Positions 9,163 through 20,128 of a stretch of 64,000 nucleotides of DNA are shown one piece after another (positions within the stretch are counted from its first letter, which is position 1; each line of letters starts with the position of its first letter). The stretch is from Spirochaetia bacterium (GTDB taxonomy: Bacteria > Spirochaetota > Spirochaetia > G963692905). Both the position numbers and the translations under genes were made by a program. The notes under the pieces are model-generated. The model saw only the letters and a program-made list of their open reading frames with translations. It was not told the origin of the DNA and did no database searches. The stretch covers positions 6,622-70,621 of the forward strand of contig CBDCPJ010000050.1 in the NCBI GenBank assembly GCA_965220165.1. The letters run 5' to 3'.

Positions 9163-12100
9163 TTAACGTTTCTCTTGAGGAGAGCCCTTGACCTGCAAAA
9201 CGGCGCCTCCAAAAGTCAAACCTCCGCCAAATGCTGTTAGACCAATATATTCTCCTGCGGGACGATGGTCCATTATTTCTTGCAAGCATATAGGAATCGT
9301 GCTCGACGATGTGTTGCCATAATTCTTTACATTGCTGTAGACAACTTCCTGATCAACCTTAAGCTGCTGTCTTACGGCATTGATAATGCGCTGATTCGCT
9401 TGATGCGGGATAACTAATCCAAGGTCTCCAATATCGATTTCCGTCTTTTGGCATGCAAGTTGAAGACTCTTAGTCATATACCGCACAGCCTCTCGAAACA
9501 CCGACGGGCCATCCATTCTAATCTTTCTACTGCCGTGCTTTACTACCTGGAGGAGATCGCCATTTTCGCCATTCGCGCCGATTACAGGCCTAAATAACCG
9601 CATGGAGCGGCCGCTTTGCGAATGTTTGCCAATCAACAGAGTCGCGGTCGCCGCATCGCCAAATACAGGAGCGGTAGAGGGGTCGCTTGTATCAAGAAAG
9701 CGCGAAAGCGTTTCGGTGGTAACGACAAGGACATTTCCTCCATTATTATTGATCAACCAATCATAGGCTATTTGAAGAGAGTACAGGTAACCGCTACATG
9801 CCGCATTTACATCATACGCGGCGGCAAGAAACTCGCCCGGTTTTTGATGAAATGCATATTGAATCAGCGCCGCCATCGAAGGGGTATTTTGCATTGGCGT
9901 TTCGGTGGAACATATAATAAGCCCCATCTGCTCTATGGTAAGATTGTTCTTCTCCAATAGCGGGCGCACCGCTTCGATCGCTATAGTAAATGCGTCCTCG
10001 TCGTCGTCCAGCCAATAACGAGAAGCGATGCCGGTTCTTCGAACGATATCTCTGGGCGACCATTTAGCGCACATTTTTGATATCTCCTCGTTATCTATGA
10101 CCCTTTTTCCATGGGAACTTTCTATAGCGACGATCTCAACGCTTATATCGTTGCCGTCGCTGGATCCGATAGATATTTGCGATTCAATATTCGCTTTCTT
10201 TGCGGAAATGCCCTTGATAATTGGAGTTCCTGGGTCCTCTCGAGTAATTGATTTTGCCACCGGCATTTCATCAGCGATTCGCACCAACAGCAACGGCGTT
10301 CCAATTTGGACAAATTCCCCCTCAGGTACTAAAATCTCTTCCAGAACGCCGGAAAATGGCGCGCGAAGATCGACTGAGGCTTTATCGGCCTCCATCTCGG
10401 CGATAACATCGCCCACGGCAATGGTATCCCCTACCTTTACCCGCCATTCGATAACCGTAATCGATTCATCGGAGGGGCTTGAGCCGATCGCCTCAATTAC
10501 CGATAACCCTTCGCGCGTATCATTCTTTCGCTTCCAGCTAATTTCGCCTCCAAGCAGCTCGACTGCCGTTTCTAATACTCGTCGATAGGAGGGCAATACG
10601 TTCAATTGATTGGCAAAATTGCATGGAACATAGGTATCTGATCGGGTTACTCTGCGCGCTTCAATCTTTTTTGACGATTGCTCGCATATAGTAGAGATAA
10701 CTTCGGCGCCCATCCCGGCGCTGTGGTTGTCTTCATGGGCAACAATGAGGCGCCCGCTTCTGTTTACCGCTTTTAATACGCTTTTGGATTCCCATGGCAT
10801 AAGCGAGCGGAGGTCGATAACAGAACTTTCAACATCAAATTCCGCCAAAGTGTCGGCCGCCTTTCGACATAGTTCTACCGTGTTGCCCCATGCAACAAAG
10901 GTTATGTCGTCGCCGTCGCGCAATATTCTCGCCTTCCCGATGGGAATCTTATGCGACGCTATATCTGACGATGTGGTCCGCTGGCGATTATTGAGGCAGT
11001 TTTTTGGATAGAAGAACAGCGTGGGACGTCCCGAACGAAATGCGCTGTTGAGAAGGCCCGCGGCATCTCCGGCGCTGCTTGGCATCATAACATCGATTCC
11101 GGGAGTGTGGACGGCGATCGACTCCATCGCGCTGGCATGAAATGGCCCCAATCCCGGTCGGTAGCCTCCGCATGTTATCATAACGATAACTGGCGCTTGC
11201 CATCCTCCATTTGTTCGCCAATAGAGACTTCCAAGCTCCGAGAATATTTGATTGTAGGCGATGGGTAAAAAATCGGCAAACTGAAGAAAGGCGACAGGAC
11301 GTTTTCCCGCTAGGGCCTGTCCGATAGAGATGCCAACAATGGAGGCCTCGGCGAGCGGCGAATTCATGACACGCGAGCCAAATTCTTTAGAAAGCCCTTT
11401 CGTAATGCCAAATACATCGCCTTTAGGGTCCTCTATGTCCTCTCCAAAAAGAACGACGCGCTCGTCCTCGGCTAGATGATTATGCAAAACCTGGCGAATA
11501 GCTTGAAGCATCGTAAGCCTATCCGATCCATCGTCGTCGTTGCCATGATACTCTTGCGATCTTGGCAAAAGCTCTTTTGCGAGCGGCTTTATAGCGCTAT
11601 GGATCGCTTTTGGTTCGCGGGCGCGTCGAGATCGATCCATCGCCTCTTTGGCTTTGATTTCAATCTCTTGCTCTATTTTGATAAGCTCCTCTTCCGCAAT
11701 GTTGGCGCCAATAAGATCGCGACGCAACGCGGCGACTGGATCGCCCGTATTACTTGATAGCGCTATTTCTTGCTCGCTGCGATAGACCCGCTGGTCGTCC
11801 GCGTTTGTATGATTGGAGAGGCGTTCAACATTAAACAACGCGATAGCGGGGCCGCGATGAGCGCGCATATTGTCCGTTATTCGCTCAAAATGGTCGTACA
11901 CGGAGGTTGGCTTTCGACCGTCGATATTGGCGATCGGGATGCCATAGAATGAATCGGCAAGGCCGGCGGGAGTCGAATAAAAAGTGTTGCCCTCTGTGCG
12001 CGTAGATATGGCGAACGAATTGTTTTGAATGAGGAACAAAACCGGCAAATTGCGTCGAACCGCGTGCCCGATAGCTTCGAGCACTTCGCCCTGTTGCGTC

Positions 12101-12540
12101 ATGCCGTCGCCCAAGGAGCAGAGAACGATAGGTTTATCGGATTGCGTATGGACCGCCTCCGCGACGCCCACCGCCTGCAACGCGCTATTGCCAACTGGGC
12201 CGACCGTGCTGAGTATCTGTAACTCCGGCGCGCTCATGTGGGCATTCATCTGCCTGCCTTTTGAGTGCGACGCATCTTTGTTGAACGCCGCGAGAAAAAA
12301 CGACTCGATGGAGATGCCTCGCGCGAGCATAAGCGCTTTGTCGCGATAGTGACAATGCAACCAATCAGAAGGAGTAAGGAAATGGTCTAAAATGGCAGAC
12401 GCCTCGTGGCCACTTCCCGAAACATGGAAGAATATACCGCCGCTCTCGGCGAGTCGCGTCTCTACGTTATCGATAGATCGTGAAGCTACCATATATCGGT
12501 AGCTTTGGAGGAGTTTTTGCTGTTTTATGTCGTCATTCAT
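9163..12540 (-). CDS. Fusion protein: 2-oxoacid dehydrogenase E1-alpha + E1-beta + lipoyl domain + beta-ketoacyl-ACP synthase III (FabH-like)
   Basis: ThDP motif GDG(144-146)...NN(173-174). E1-beta LFGEDI and NSPLAE. Lipoyl motif EMEADK720A. KAS III triad AAC915SG, PH1046QAN, GN1076TSS. Confidence 0.92.
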   Translation of the reverse strand: MNDDIKQQKLLQSYRYMVASRSIDNVETRLAESGGIFFHVSGSGHEASAILDHFLTPSDWLHCHYRDKALMLARGISIESFFLAAFNKDASHSKGRQMNAHMSAPELQILSTVGPVGNSALQAVGVAEAVHTQSDKPIVLCSLGDGMTQQGEVLEAIGHAVRRNLPVLFLIQNNSFAISTRTEGNTFYSTPAGLADSFYGIPIANIDGRKPTSVYDHFERITDNMRAHRGPAIALFNVERLSNHTNADDQRVYRSEQEIALSSNTGDPVAALRRDLIGANIAEEELIKIEQEIEIKAKEAMDRSRRAREPKAIHSAIKPLAKELLPRSQEYHGNDDDGSDRLTMLQAIRQVLHNHLAEDERVVLFGEDIEDPKGDVFGITKGLSKEFGSRVMNSPLAEASIVGISIGQALAGKRPVAFLQFADFLPIAYNQIFSELGSLYWRTNGGWQAPVIVMITCGGYRPGLGPFHASAMESIAVHTPGIDVMMPSSAGDAAGLLNSAFRSGRPTLFFYPKNCLNNRQRTTSSDIASHKIPIGKARILRDGDDITFVAWGNTVELCRKAADTLAEFDVESSVIDLRSLMPWESKSVLKAVNRSGRLIVAHEDNHSAGMGAEVISTICEQSSKKIEARRVTRSDTYVPCNFANQLNVLPSYRRVLETAVELLGGEISWKRKNDTREGLSVIEAIGSSPSDESITVIEWRVKVGDTIAVGDVIAEMEADKASVDLRAPFSGVLEEILVPEGEFVQIGTPLLLVRIADEMPVAKSITREDPGTPIIKGISAKKANIESQISIGSSDGNDISVEIVAIESSHGKRVIDNEEISKMCAKWSPRDIVRRTGIASRYWLDDDEDAFTIAIEAVRPLLEKNNLTIEQMGLIICSTETPMQNTPSMAALIQYAFHQKPGEFLAAAYDVNAACSGYLYSLQIAYDWLINNNGGNVLVVTTETLSRFLDTSDPSTAPVFGDAATATLLIGKHSQSGRSMRLFRPVIGANGENGDLLQVVKHGSRKIRMDGPSVFREAVRYMTKSLQLACQKTEIDIGDLGLVIPHQANQRIINAVRQQLKVDQEVVYSNVKNYGNTSSSTIPICLQEIMDHRPAGEYIGLTAFGGGLTFGGAVLQVKGSPQEKR

Positions 12541-14079
<1,539 letters not shown>

Positions 14080-14097
14080 CTATCCATATACGAAAAA

Positions 14098-14307
14098 TTG
14101 GGCGTTGCGGGCATGCTATGGGGCGTTTTACGATTACGAATTCGATGCCCGCTGAGGGGGGAGAGGAAGCATGAAAGATCGGCGGCGGGCGGAGCGCGAG
14201 CGGAGCCCGAGCGCTCCGAGCGCGCGAGGAGAGCAGCCGATCGGTGTCTCCGACTGCGAAGTCGGAGACATTCAGGCTGGAACGAGGGGGGAGACTTCCC
14301 CCTCATT
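14098..14307 (+). repeat. Dispersed structured intergenic repeat, copy A
   Basis: TTGGGCGTTGCGGGC (14098), GCCCGCTGAGGGGGG (14147), CGAGGGGGGAGAC (14283), TTCCCCCTCATT (14296). Same motif order as copies B and C. Confidence 0.8.
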
Positions 14308-14347
14308 TTGCTTGTATCTATTGTTCAAATAGTGGTACCATAGTTCC

Positions 14348-15220
14348 ATGGTCGCCCGTTATTCGCCCAAAAATCAGTTGTCGCCGGCAAAGAGGCTTGC
14401 TCGTATCGTAGGATCGCCCTATAGCCCTATCGCGTTGCTGGCGCTGATAATTTTGTTTGCCGCGCCTATCGGAAGGCTTATCCATAACGGAATTGCCGCT
14501 CCACAACAGCTCCATGCGTCGAACTACCTGGCCGATATACGAAACCGCGCGTTGCTTACCGCGGGCGTAATGATTGGACTTGACGCAATCGTCTCTACCA
14601 TCCAAGAGACGGAGATAGGCGTCGAGTTTATTGGCAAGGTATCGGTGCCTCCCGGCGCGCTCCTTGATCCTCTCAACGATCTTCTGGAATTTAGCACCAA
14701 AGTTATGCTGTTGTGCGCCGTTTCGCTAGAGATGCAACGGCTCCTTGTATCAATTGGAAGCCCGTCGGTCTGGAAATGGGGTATTATATTTATAGGAGGC
14801 ATATTGTTGGCGCTCGCCGTCGCGCGATTGGGTCGTCGCAACTGGAAGTGGCCAGAGCGGCCGCCTATTGTTCGATCGCTTTGTCGCGTCGCGTCGTTCG
14901 TCTCGGTCGCGATGATCGCGCTTATCCTCTTTCCGCCCCTTATTCTGGGTTCCATTCCTTTTGTCGCATCGCGTCTTAATGCGGTATATTCCGAATCGAT
15001 GCATGGATTGGAGCGGTATAGCGATCAAGTTGAGGATGCCGACCCTGCGGACATTGTCCGCGATAGCAACCTATTGGAACGTATAGAACGCGATATCGCC
15101 CGTATGCTGGGGCATCTGGTCAATATCATCTTCGTGTTTGCGATGGAGATTGTTATTTTGCCGCTGTTATTTCTTATCGCGGCGTGGGTGATCTGTAAGC
15201 GGTTGCTGGGCGTATCATAG
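14348..15220 (+). CDS. Hypothetical membrane protein
   Basis: 290-aa ORF with several TM-like segments and no recognised motif. Confidence 0.7.
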   Translation: MVARYSPKNQLSPAKRLARIVGSPYSPIALLALIILFAAPIGRLIHNGIAAPQQLHASNYLADIRNRALLTAGVMIGLDAIVSTIQETEIGVEFIGKVSVPPGALLDPLNDLLEFSTKVMLLCAVSLEMQRLLVSIGSPSVWKWGIIFIGGILLALAVARLGRRNWKWPERPPIVRSLCRVASFVSVAMIALILFPPLILGSIPFVASRLNAVYSESMHGLERYSDQVEDADPADIVRDSNLLERIERDIARMLGHLVNIIFVFAMEIVILPLLFLIAAWVICKRLLGVS

Positions 15221-15353
15221 ATTATCGACGCAATTTCCTATTGATTCCCTCACTATACTATACTATACTATATTCATGGCTCGGCAATTGAGAATGCGAC
15301 GGGTATAGTGGCAAAAGAATATCATTTGACGCTGTTTAGGCGGATCGTCTAGC

Positions 15354-16127
15354 ATGTTTTTTCATCAACTGCGTCGCTATGTGGGTAGCGTGTTGGCCGT
15401 TATCGCATCGGTCGCGGCGACTGTCGCTGTTATCTTTATCAATTGGAGCATTCCAAATTTGCATAGGGTGGCCGACAATGCGCGCGCTATAATTAATTCC
15501 ACAGACGCGTTGCCCGATTTAGACGATATGACCAGCGCCCTATTATCTCCGATAAGCGTGTTATTATCCGTACTCATTTTTGTGGCGATCATCTCGCTCG
15601 CGGTTATCGCTATGCGCGGCGACGCCTCAAAACGCCTCTGGATAGGGGGGCTAGTCGGGGCGCTCGCTGTTTGCGGAGGGATATCGGGATGGCCGATCGC
15701 CACTCCATTTATGATTGTGGCATTGCTGGGCATTTCAATGGCAATGCGCGGGTGCGACGCGATACGGTTTCGCATTCAATCTGGACGGAGCGCGCCGGCG
15801 ACGCAACCCGTTCAGCCGATGGCGCAACCCGTTCAGCCGATGGCGCAACCCGCTCAGCCGATGGCGCAACCCGCTCAGCCGATGGCGCAACCCGCTCAGC
15901 CGATGGCGCAACCCGCTCAGCCGATGGCGCAACCCGCTCAGCCGGCGACGCAACCCGCTCAGCCGATGGCGCAACCCGCTCAGCCGATGGCGCAGGCGGC
16001 CGAGCAACCCGCCGAGCAAGCGGCGCCGACAGGCAGCCCGGAAGAGCGCCCAATAGATGCGGCTTCTTCCCGTAAAGTCGGGGTTGCGACATGGTTTAAA
16101 AACGCATGGAAAAAATTTTTTGGATAA
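15354..16127 (+). CDS. Hypothetical membrane protein with Pro/Gln/Ala heptad repeat tail
   Basis: About four TM segments, then (PMAQPAQ)n and a basic C-terminal end. Start position uncertain. Confidence 0.75.
   Translation: MFFHQLRRYVGSVLAVIASVAATVAVIFINWSIPNLHRVADNARAIINSTDALPDLDDMTSALLSPISVLLSVLIFVAIISLAVIAMRGDASKRLWIGGLVGALAVCGGISGWPIATPFMIVALLGISMAMRGCDAIRFRIQSGRSAPATQPVQPMAQPVQPMAQPAQPMAQPAQPMAQPAQPMAQPAQPMAQPAQPATQPAQPMAQPAQPMAQAAEQPAEQAAPTGSPEERPIDAASSRKVGVATWFKNAWKKFFG
15794..15994 (+). repeat. 21-bp in-frame tandem repeat, about 9.6 copies
   Basis: Unit gccgatggcgcaacccgctca. Units start at 15794+21k, with PAT variants at copies 1 and 8. Confidence 0.97.
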
Positions 16128-16142
16128 AGGAATAACTAACTT

Positions 16143-16742
16143 ATGAATAGAGCCCTATTTTTCACAGCCTGTCGTTTTGCGGCATCGCCCGTGATGTTCT
16201 TCCTCTACATGCTCCCCAACTGGGCAAATGTCGACAGCCCAAATACGGTCGTCGTTCGAATAGCTCTTCTCTGGGTGGTATTTGCCGTTGCAGAGATAAG
16301 CGACGCGCTTGACGGAATTGTGGCAAGGACACAAAATATTGTGACCGATTTTGGCAAATTGGCCGACCCTCTGGCCGATATTATGTTTAATCTTACCCTT
16401 CTTTTCTGCCTCGCTCAATCAAAAATCATACCAAATTGGTGCTTTATTATCATTTTTCAGAGAGAGATTTTAGTTACGTTGCTGCGGATGCGAGGGCTGC
16501 TCTTTGGAGTCGCAATCCCGGCGCGCTGGCCGGGCAAGTGGAAATCGGTATCCTATATCATCACTATTATAGTGGGACTATTCGCATATTCGGCAACCTA
16601 TGCAAACATCGAGCAAGATACAATCGACTTCGCGATACGCTCCGCGACATGGTTAGCATTTATTTCAGTACTCTGGTCGCTCTTTTCGTTTTGCGAACAC
16701 CTTATACGATCGCGGAATATCAAAGAGTCCCAATCTTCGTAG
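16143..16742 (+). CDS. pgsA: CDP-alcohol phosphatidyltransferase (PgsA-like)
   Basis: DALDGIVAR...TDFGKLADPLAD motif, GKWKS. Confidence 0.85.
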   Translation: MNRALFFTACRFAASPVMFFLYMLPNWANVDSPNTVVVRIALLWVVFAVAEISDALDGIVARTQNIVTDFGKLADPLADIMFNLTLLFCLAQSKIIPNWCFIIIFQREILVTLLRMRGLLFGVAIPARWPGKWKSVSYIITIIVGLFAYSATYANIEQDTIDFAIRSATWLAFISVLWSLFSFCEHLIRSRNIKESQSS

Positions 16743-16751
16743 CGTAGATAG

Positions 16752-17816
16752 ATGAAGCATCCTATACCTGTCGGCATACTGGGCGCGACCGGGGCCGTGG
16801 GACAAAAGTTTATATCGCTGTTGGCGCGCCACGAATGGTTCTCTGTAGCCGAATTGGCCGCTTCGGATCGATCGGCGGGAAAGCGATATATCGATCGAGC
16901 CCATTGGTTGCAATCGACTCCCATTCCTCCAGCCGTGGAGGCTATGAATATAGCGTTGGCCGGAAGCCCGCTTAAAAGCAAGATACTCTTTTCGGGTCTC
17001 GATAGCGGCGTCGCATTTGATGTTGAGCGTTATTACGCGAAACAAGGCTGTATTGTGATCAGCAATGCCAGCAGCTATCGCATGGATCCAAGCGTTCCGC
17101 TCATTATACCCGAAATAAACGACGGCCATCTTCAGCTTATCGACCGCCAAGTAGATTGGCCGGGAGCAATTATCACCAATTCAAACTGCTCGACGATGTT
17201 CCTCGCGATGGTACTGGCGCCGTTACACAAGAAATTTGGCGTCGAAGCGGCGCACGTTACCACAATGCAGGCGATATCGGGCGCCGGGTATCCCGGGACG
17301 CCAGCGTTGGATATCATATCCAATGTTATTCCGTATATATCTGGAGAAGAGGAAAAGTTGGAAAACGAAACCCGCAAAATTCTCGGAACGCTCGTAGATA
17401 ATCGGGTAACGCCGGCGCCGATCGCGATAAGCGCGCAGTGCAATCGCGTTCCTGTCTATGACGGTCATACCGAAACGCTGTCGATACGTTTTCGCCCTCC
17501 CGCGCCGAGCCTCGAAGAGATCGTTGAGCATCTTTCCGGCTTTCGAGGATATCCGCAAGAGGCAAAGCTCCCCTCGGCTCCAAAAAATCCTATCGTTGTG
17601 TTTCGCGAGAATAGTCGGCCTCAGCCGCGACGAGATGTCTGGAAGGAGCAAGGAATGGCGGCAATGGTTGGACGCGTGCGGAAATGCCCGGTATTTGACG
17701 CGAAAATGGTTATACTGGGACACAACACCATTCGCGGAGCGGCCGGCGCGGCTATTCTCAATGCCGAGATGTTATTCAAAAAAGGCCTGTTGGATAAATA
17801 TATCAATCGACAATAA
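16752..17816 (+). CDS. asd: Aspartate-semialdehyde dehydrogenase
   Basis: LGATGAVGQ, NSNCST, SGAGYPG, CNRVPVYDGH, GHNTIRGAAG. Confidence 0.96.
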   Translation: MKHPIPVGILGATGAVGQKFISLLARHEWFSVAELAASDRSAGKRYIDRAHWLQSTPIPPAVEAMNIALAGSPLKSKILFSGLDSGVAFDVERYYAKQGCIVISNASSYRMDPSVPLIIPEINDGHLQLIDRQVDWPGAIITNSNCSTMFLAMVLAPLHKKFGVEAAHVTTMQAISGAGYPGTPALDIISNVIPYISGEEEKLENETRKILGTLVDNRVTPAPIAISAQCNRVPVYDGHTETLSIRFRPPAPSLEEIVEHLSGFRGYPQEAKLPSAPKNPIVVFRENSRPQPRRDVWKEQGMAAMVGRVRKCPVFDAKMVILGHNTIRGAAGAAILNAEMLFKKGLLDKYINRQ

Positions 17817-17857
17817 CTTTTTGCCCCCGATTCCATCGTAGGATCGTTTTTGCATAG

Positions 17858-18961
17858 TTGCGCGCAAGTTCTTTCGCGATTGCGCCGATAGTAACGATAA
17901 TGGCTATTGTCGCTCTTATTGCGGGCTTTGTCGTCAATCTCGCGCTTATCCCGCTTATTATTCTTCTCGCAAAGCATTTTAATTGGTATGACAAGCGAGG
18001 GACGCGTAAAATCCATACCGGCAACATTCCTCGATTGGGAGGCATAGCCATCGCCCCTATCGCTGTCGGGGGCTTGCTGGTTATCAATCGCCTCTTCGCG
18101 CTCGACCTTCCCTTTATAGCGTTCTGGCCGGTCGGCGCGGCGCTTGCTATAATCTACATAATTGGCGTAATCGACGATTCGATCACGCTATCTCCCCATA
18201 TTAAACTAATCGGGCAGTTTGTCGCCGGGGTTCTGGTGATCGCCGCGCATAATAGCTTCCCAAGCCTCATGCGTCCATCGTTGTTGGCTATGCGCGCCGT
18301 TATGTTTATCGCTATTCTTCTGTGGATCGCGTTGCTCACCAACGCGATCAATCTTGTCGACGGCATGGACGGCTTAGCCGGAGGCATCTCTGTTATCGCA
18401 ATGGCGTCTATCGCTCTGTTGCGCGCTCGCGAAGATAACAACAGCATCGCCATAATCGTCTGCATGCTTATCGCCGGCGCGTTATGCGCGTTTCTTCTAT
18501 TCAACATGCCTCCCGCCAAAATTTTTCTCGGCGATGGAGGAAGCCTCGTTTTGGGCTTCTGCTTCGCGGTGCTCCCGCTACTCTCTCGGCATGGGCTCAT
18601 CGACAACATCATTCAAACGGCGACAATCCTATGCATTCCCTTAACCGATGTCGCCAAAGCGATATTTCGCAGGGCTCTGCATAGAACCGCCTTTTACCAG
18701 CCCGATCGAGAACATATTCACCATAACCTTATGGATATTGGCTGGACAAACTGGCAAATATGTTTTGGCGTCTACGGTATGACGCTCTTAGCGTCGGGCT
18801 CGGTCTGGCTTGGTATACAGTTTCCCGCGATGCGATTCTTCTTGGCGGGCGCGGTATGGGCAATCGCGATAACAGCGACGATGGCGATATCGCATCGCGC
18901 TCGCGCGATGCGCCAATCGTCTCGTCGAAGCGACAATAACCACCCATCTAATCCGCTATAG
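17858..18961 (+). CDS. wecA: Undecaprenyl-phosphate GlcNAc-1-phosphate transferase (WecA/MraY family)
   Basis: HTGNIPRLGG, GVIDD, NAINLVDGMDGLA, FNMPPAKIFLGDGGS, DREHIHH. Confidence 0.85.
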   Translation: MRASSFAIAPIVTIMAIVALIAGFVVNLALIPLIILLAKHFNWYDKRGTRKIHTGNIPRLGGIAIAPIAVGGLLVINRLFALDLPFIAFWPVGAALAIIYIIGVIDDSITLSPHIKLIGQFVAGVLVIAAHNSFPSLMRPSLLAMRAVMFIAILLWIALLTNAINLVDGMDGLAGGISVIAMASIALLRAREDNNSIAIIVCMLIAGALCAFLLFNMPPAKIFLGDGGSLVLGFCFAVLPLLSRHGLIDNIIQTATILCIPLTDVAKAIFRRALHRTAFYQPDREHIHHNLMDIGWTNWQICFGVYGMTLLASGSVWLGIQFPAMRFFLAGAVWAIAITATMAISHRARAMRQSSRRSDNNHPSNPL

Positions 18962-19000
18962 TTATTTATCTCTTCCAAAAATTCCGCCGATATAATCGGT

Positions 19001-20128
19001 ATGAACGTTGGAAGATGGATCGTTTTATCGCTATGCTTTGTCGCTGCGACATCGTGGGGCGTAGAACCAAGCGACCTACGCGTCTCCGCGGATGACGTTA
19101 TTATCGATCAAAGCATTGAGGGAGGTTTTTTGCTTCGTATTCGTAAAAAGCCGGCGATAGAATCGATATTGATTACCGAATCGAGCAAAGACCCGAATAT
19201 GCAGAGAGCGGCATACGGACTTCGCAACCCCGAGTTCCATCCTCTCAACGGCAACGAACAGCGCATATTGAACGGAGAATTTATCGAATCCGCCTACAAT
19301 CTCTATTTTCTTCTCGACTCCACCCCTCAGCCAGATCCGGTATTTGGGCAGGCATTTCATATTTTTATCCCCTATGTTGTAGAATATGGCTACGCGTGGT
19401 CGCGCAATGGCTCATTGCTTGTGCATGACGGCGCATTTCTTAACATTCGCTCATTTGAACGCAAATTCTCCGATTATACCGGCGCATTTCTTGACAATCC
19501 CTTTTTAGTGAGAGTGATTCAAGAAGAGATCGCGTCTCGACCGCCAACCGGCAACTATCTTGAGGACGCGGTGACGAGCTTTTCCAATATAGCCGAAGCA
19601 AGCGACGGGACTATCTACTACTCCGACGGCGAGGAGGATGTGATCGATAAAATTGAGCAAATCCTGCAGAACAACCGAGGACAGACAATTGATCTCGTCT
19701 TTGTGATAGACACAACAAGCAGCATGCGCAACGACATTCAATTTATTCAACGGCGACTGACAGGACTGCTAGAGAGCCACCTGTCGTCGTTGCCAAGTTT
19801 GCAAGTAGGATTGCTCTATTACCGCGACTACGGCGACAGTTATCTTACCAAAAATGTGGGCTTTCAGCGCGATCTCGCGTCAATGCAACGAACCTTGAAC
19901 GCAATAACGGTCGCCGGCGGACGCGATGTTCCCGAAGCGGTCTACGAAGCGCTCTACACAACGCTTAACGAATTCGAATGGCGCGAAGAAGCGGCGTCGC
20001 GCAATATTGTGCTGATCGGCGACGCGCCGCCGCACCAGCTTCCTAGGGGCGATATAGATAAAGAAAAGGTATTTTCTCTAGCAAACGAAAAGGCAGCGAC
20101 GGTCGATGTAATTATTATTCCCCAATAG
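19001..20128 (+). CDS. Secreted protein with C-terminal vWA domain
   Basis: Signal-peptide-like N-terminus, MIDAS-like DTTSSM, GGRDVPEAVYEAL, IGDAPPH. Confidence 0.82.
   Translation: MNVGRWIVLSLCFVAATSWGVEPSDLRVSADDVIIDQSIEGGFLLRIRKKPAIESILITESSKDPNMQRAAYGLRNPEFHPLNGNEQRILNGEFIESAYNLYFLLDSTPQPDPVFGQAFHIFIPYVVEYGYAWSRNGSLLVHDGAFLNIRSFERKFSDYTGAFLDNPFLVRVIQEEIASRPPTGNYLEDAVTSFSNIAEASDGTIYYSDGEEDVIDKIEQILQNNRGQTIDLVFVIDTTSSMRNDIQFIQRRLTGLLESHLSSLPSLQVGLLYYRDYGDSYLTKNVGFQRDLASMQRTLNAITVAGGRDVPEAVYEALYTTLNEFEWREEAASRNIVLIGDAPPHQLPRGDIDKEKVFSLANEKAATVDVIIIPQ

Noticed and set aside
16752-17816. asd of the archaeal/fungal-like subtype
   Set aside because: This subtype is common in several bacterial phyla, so it is not evidence of novelty.
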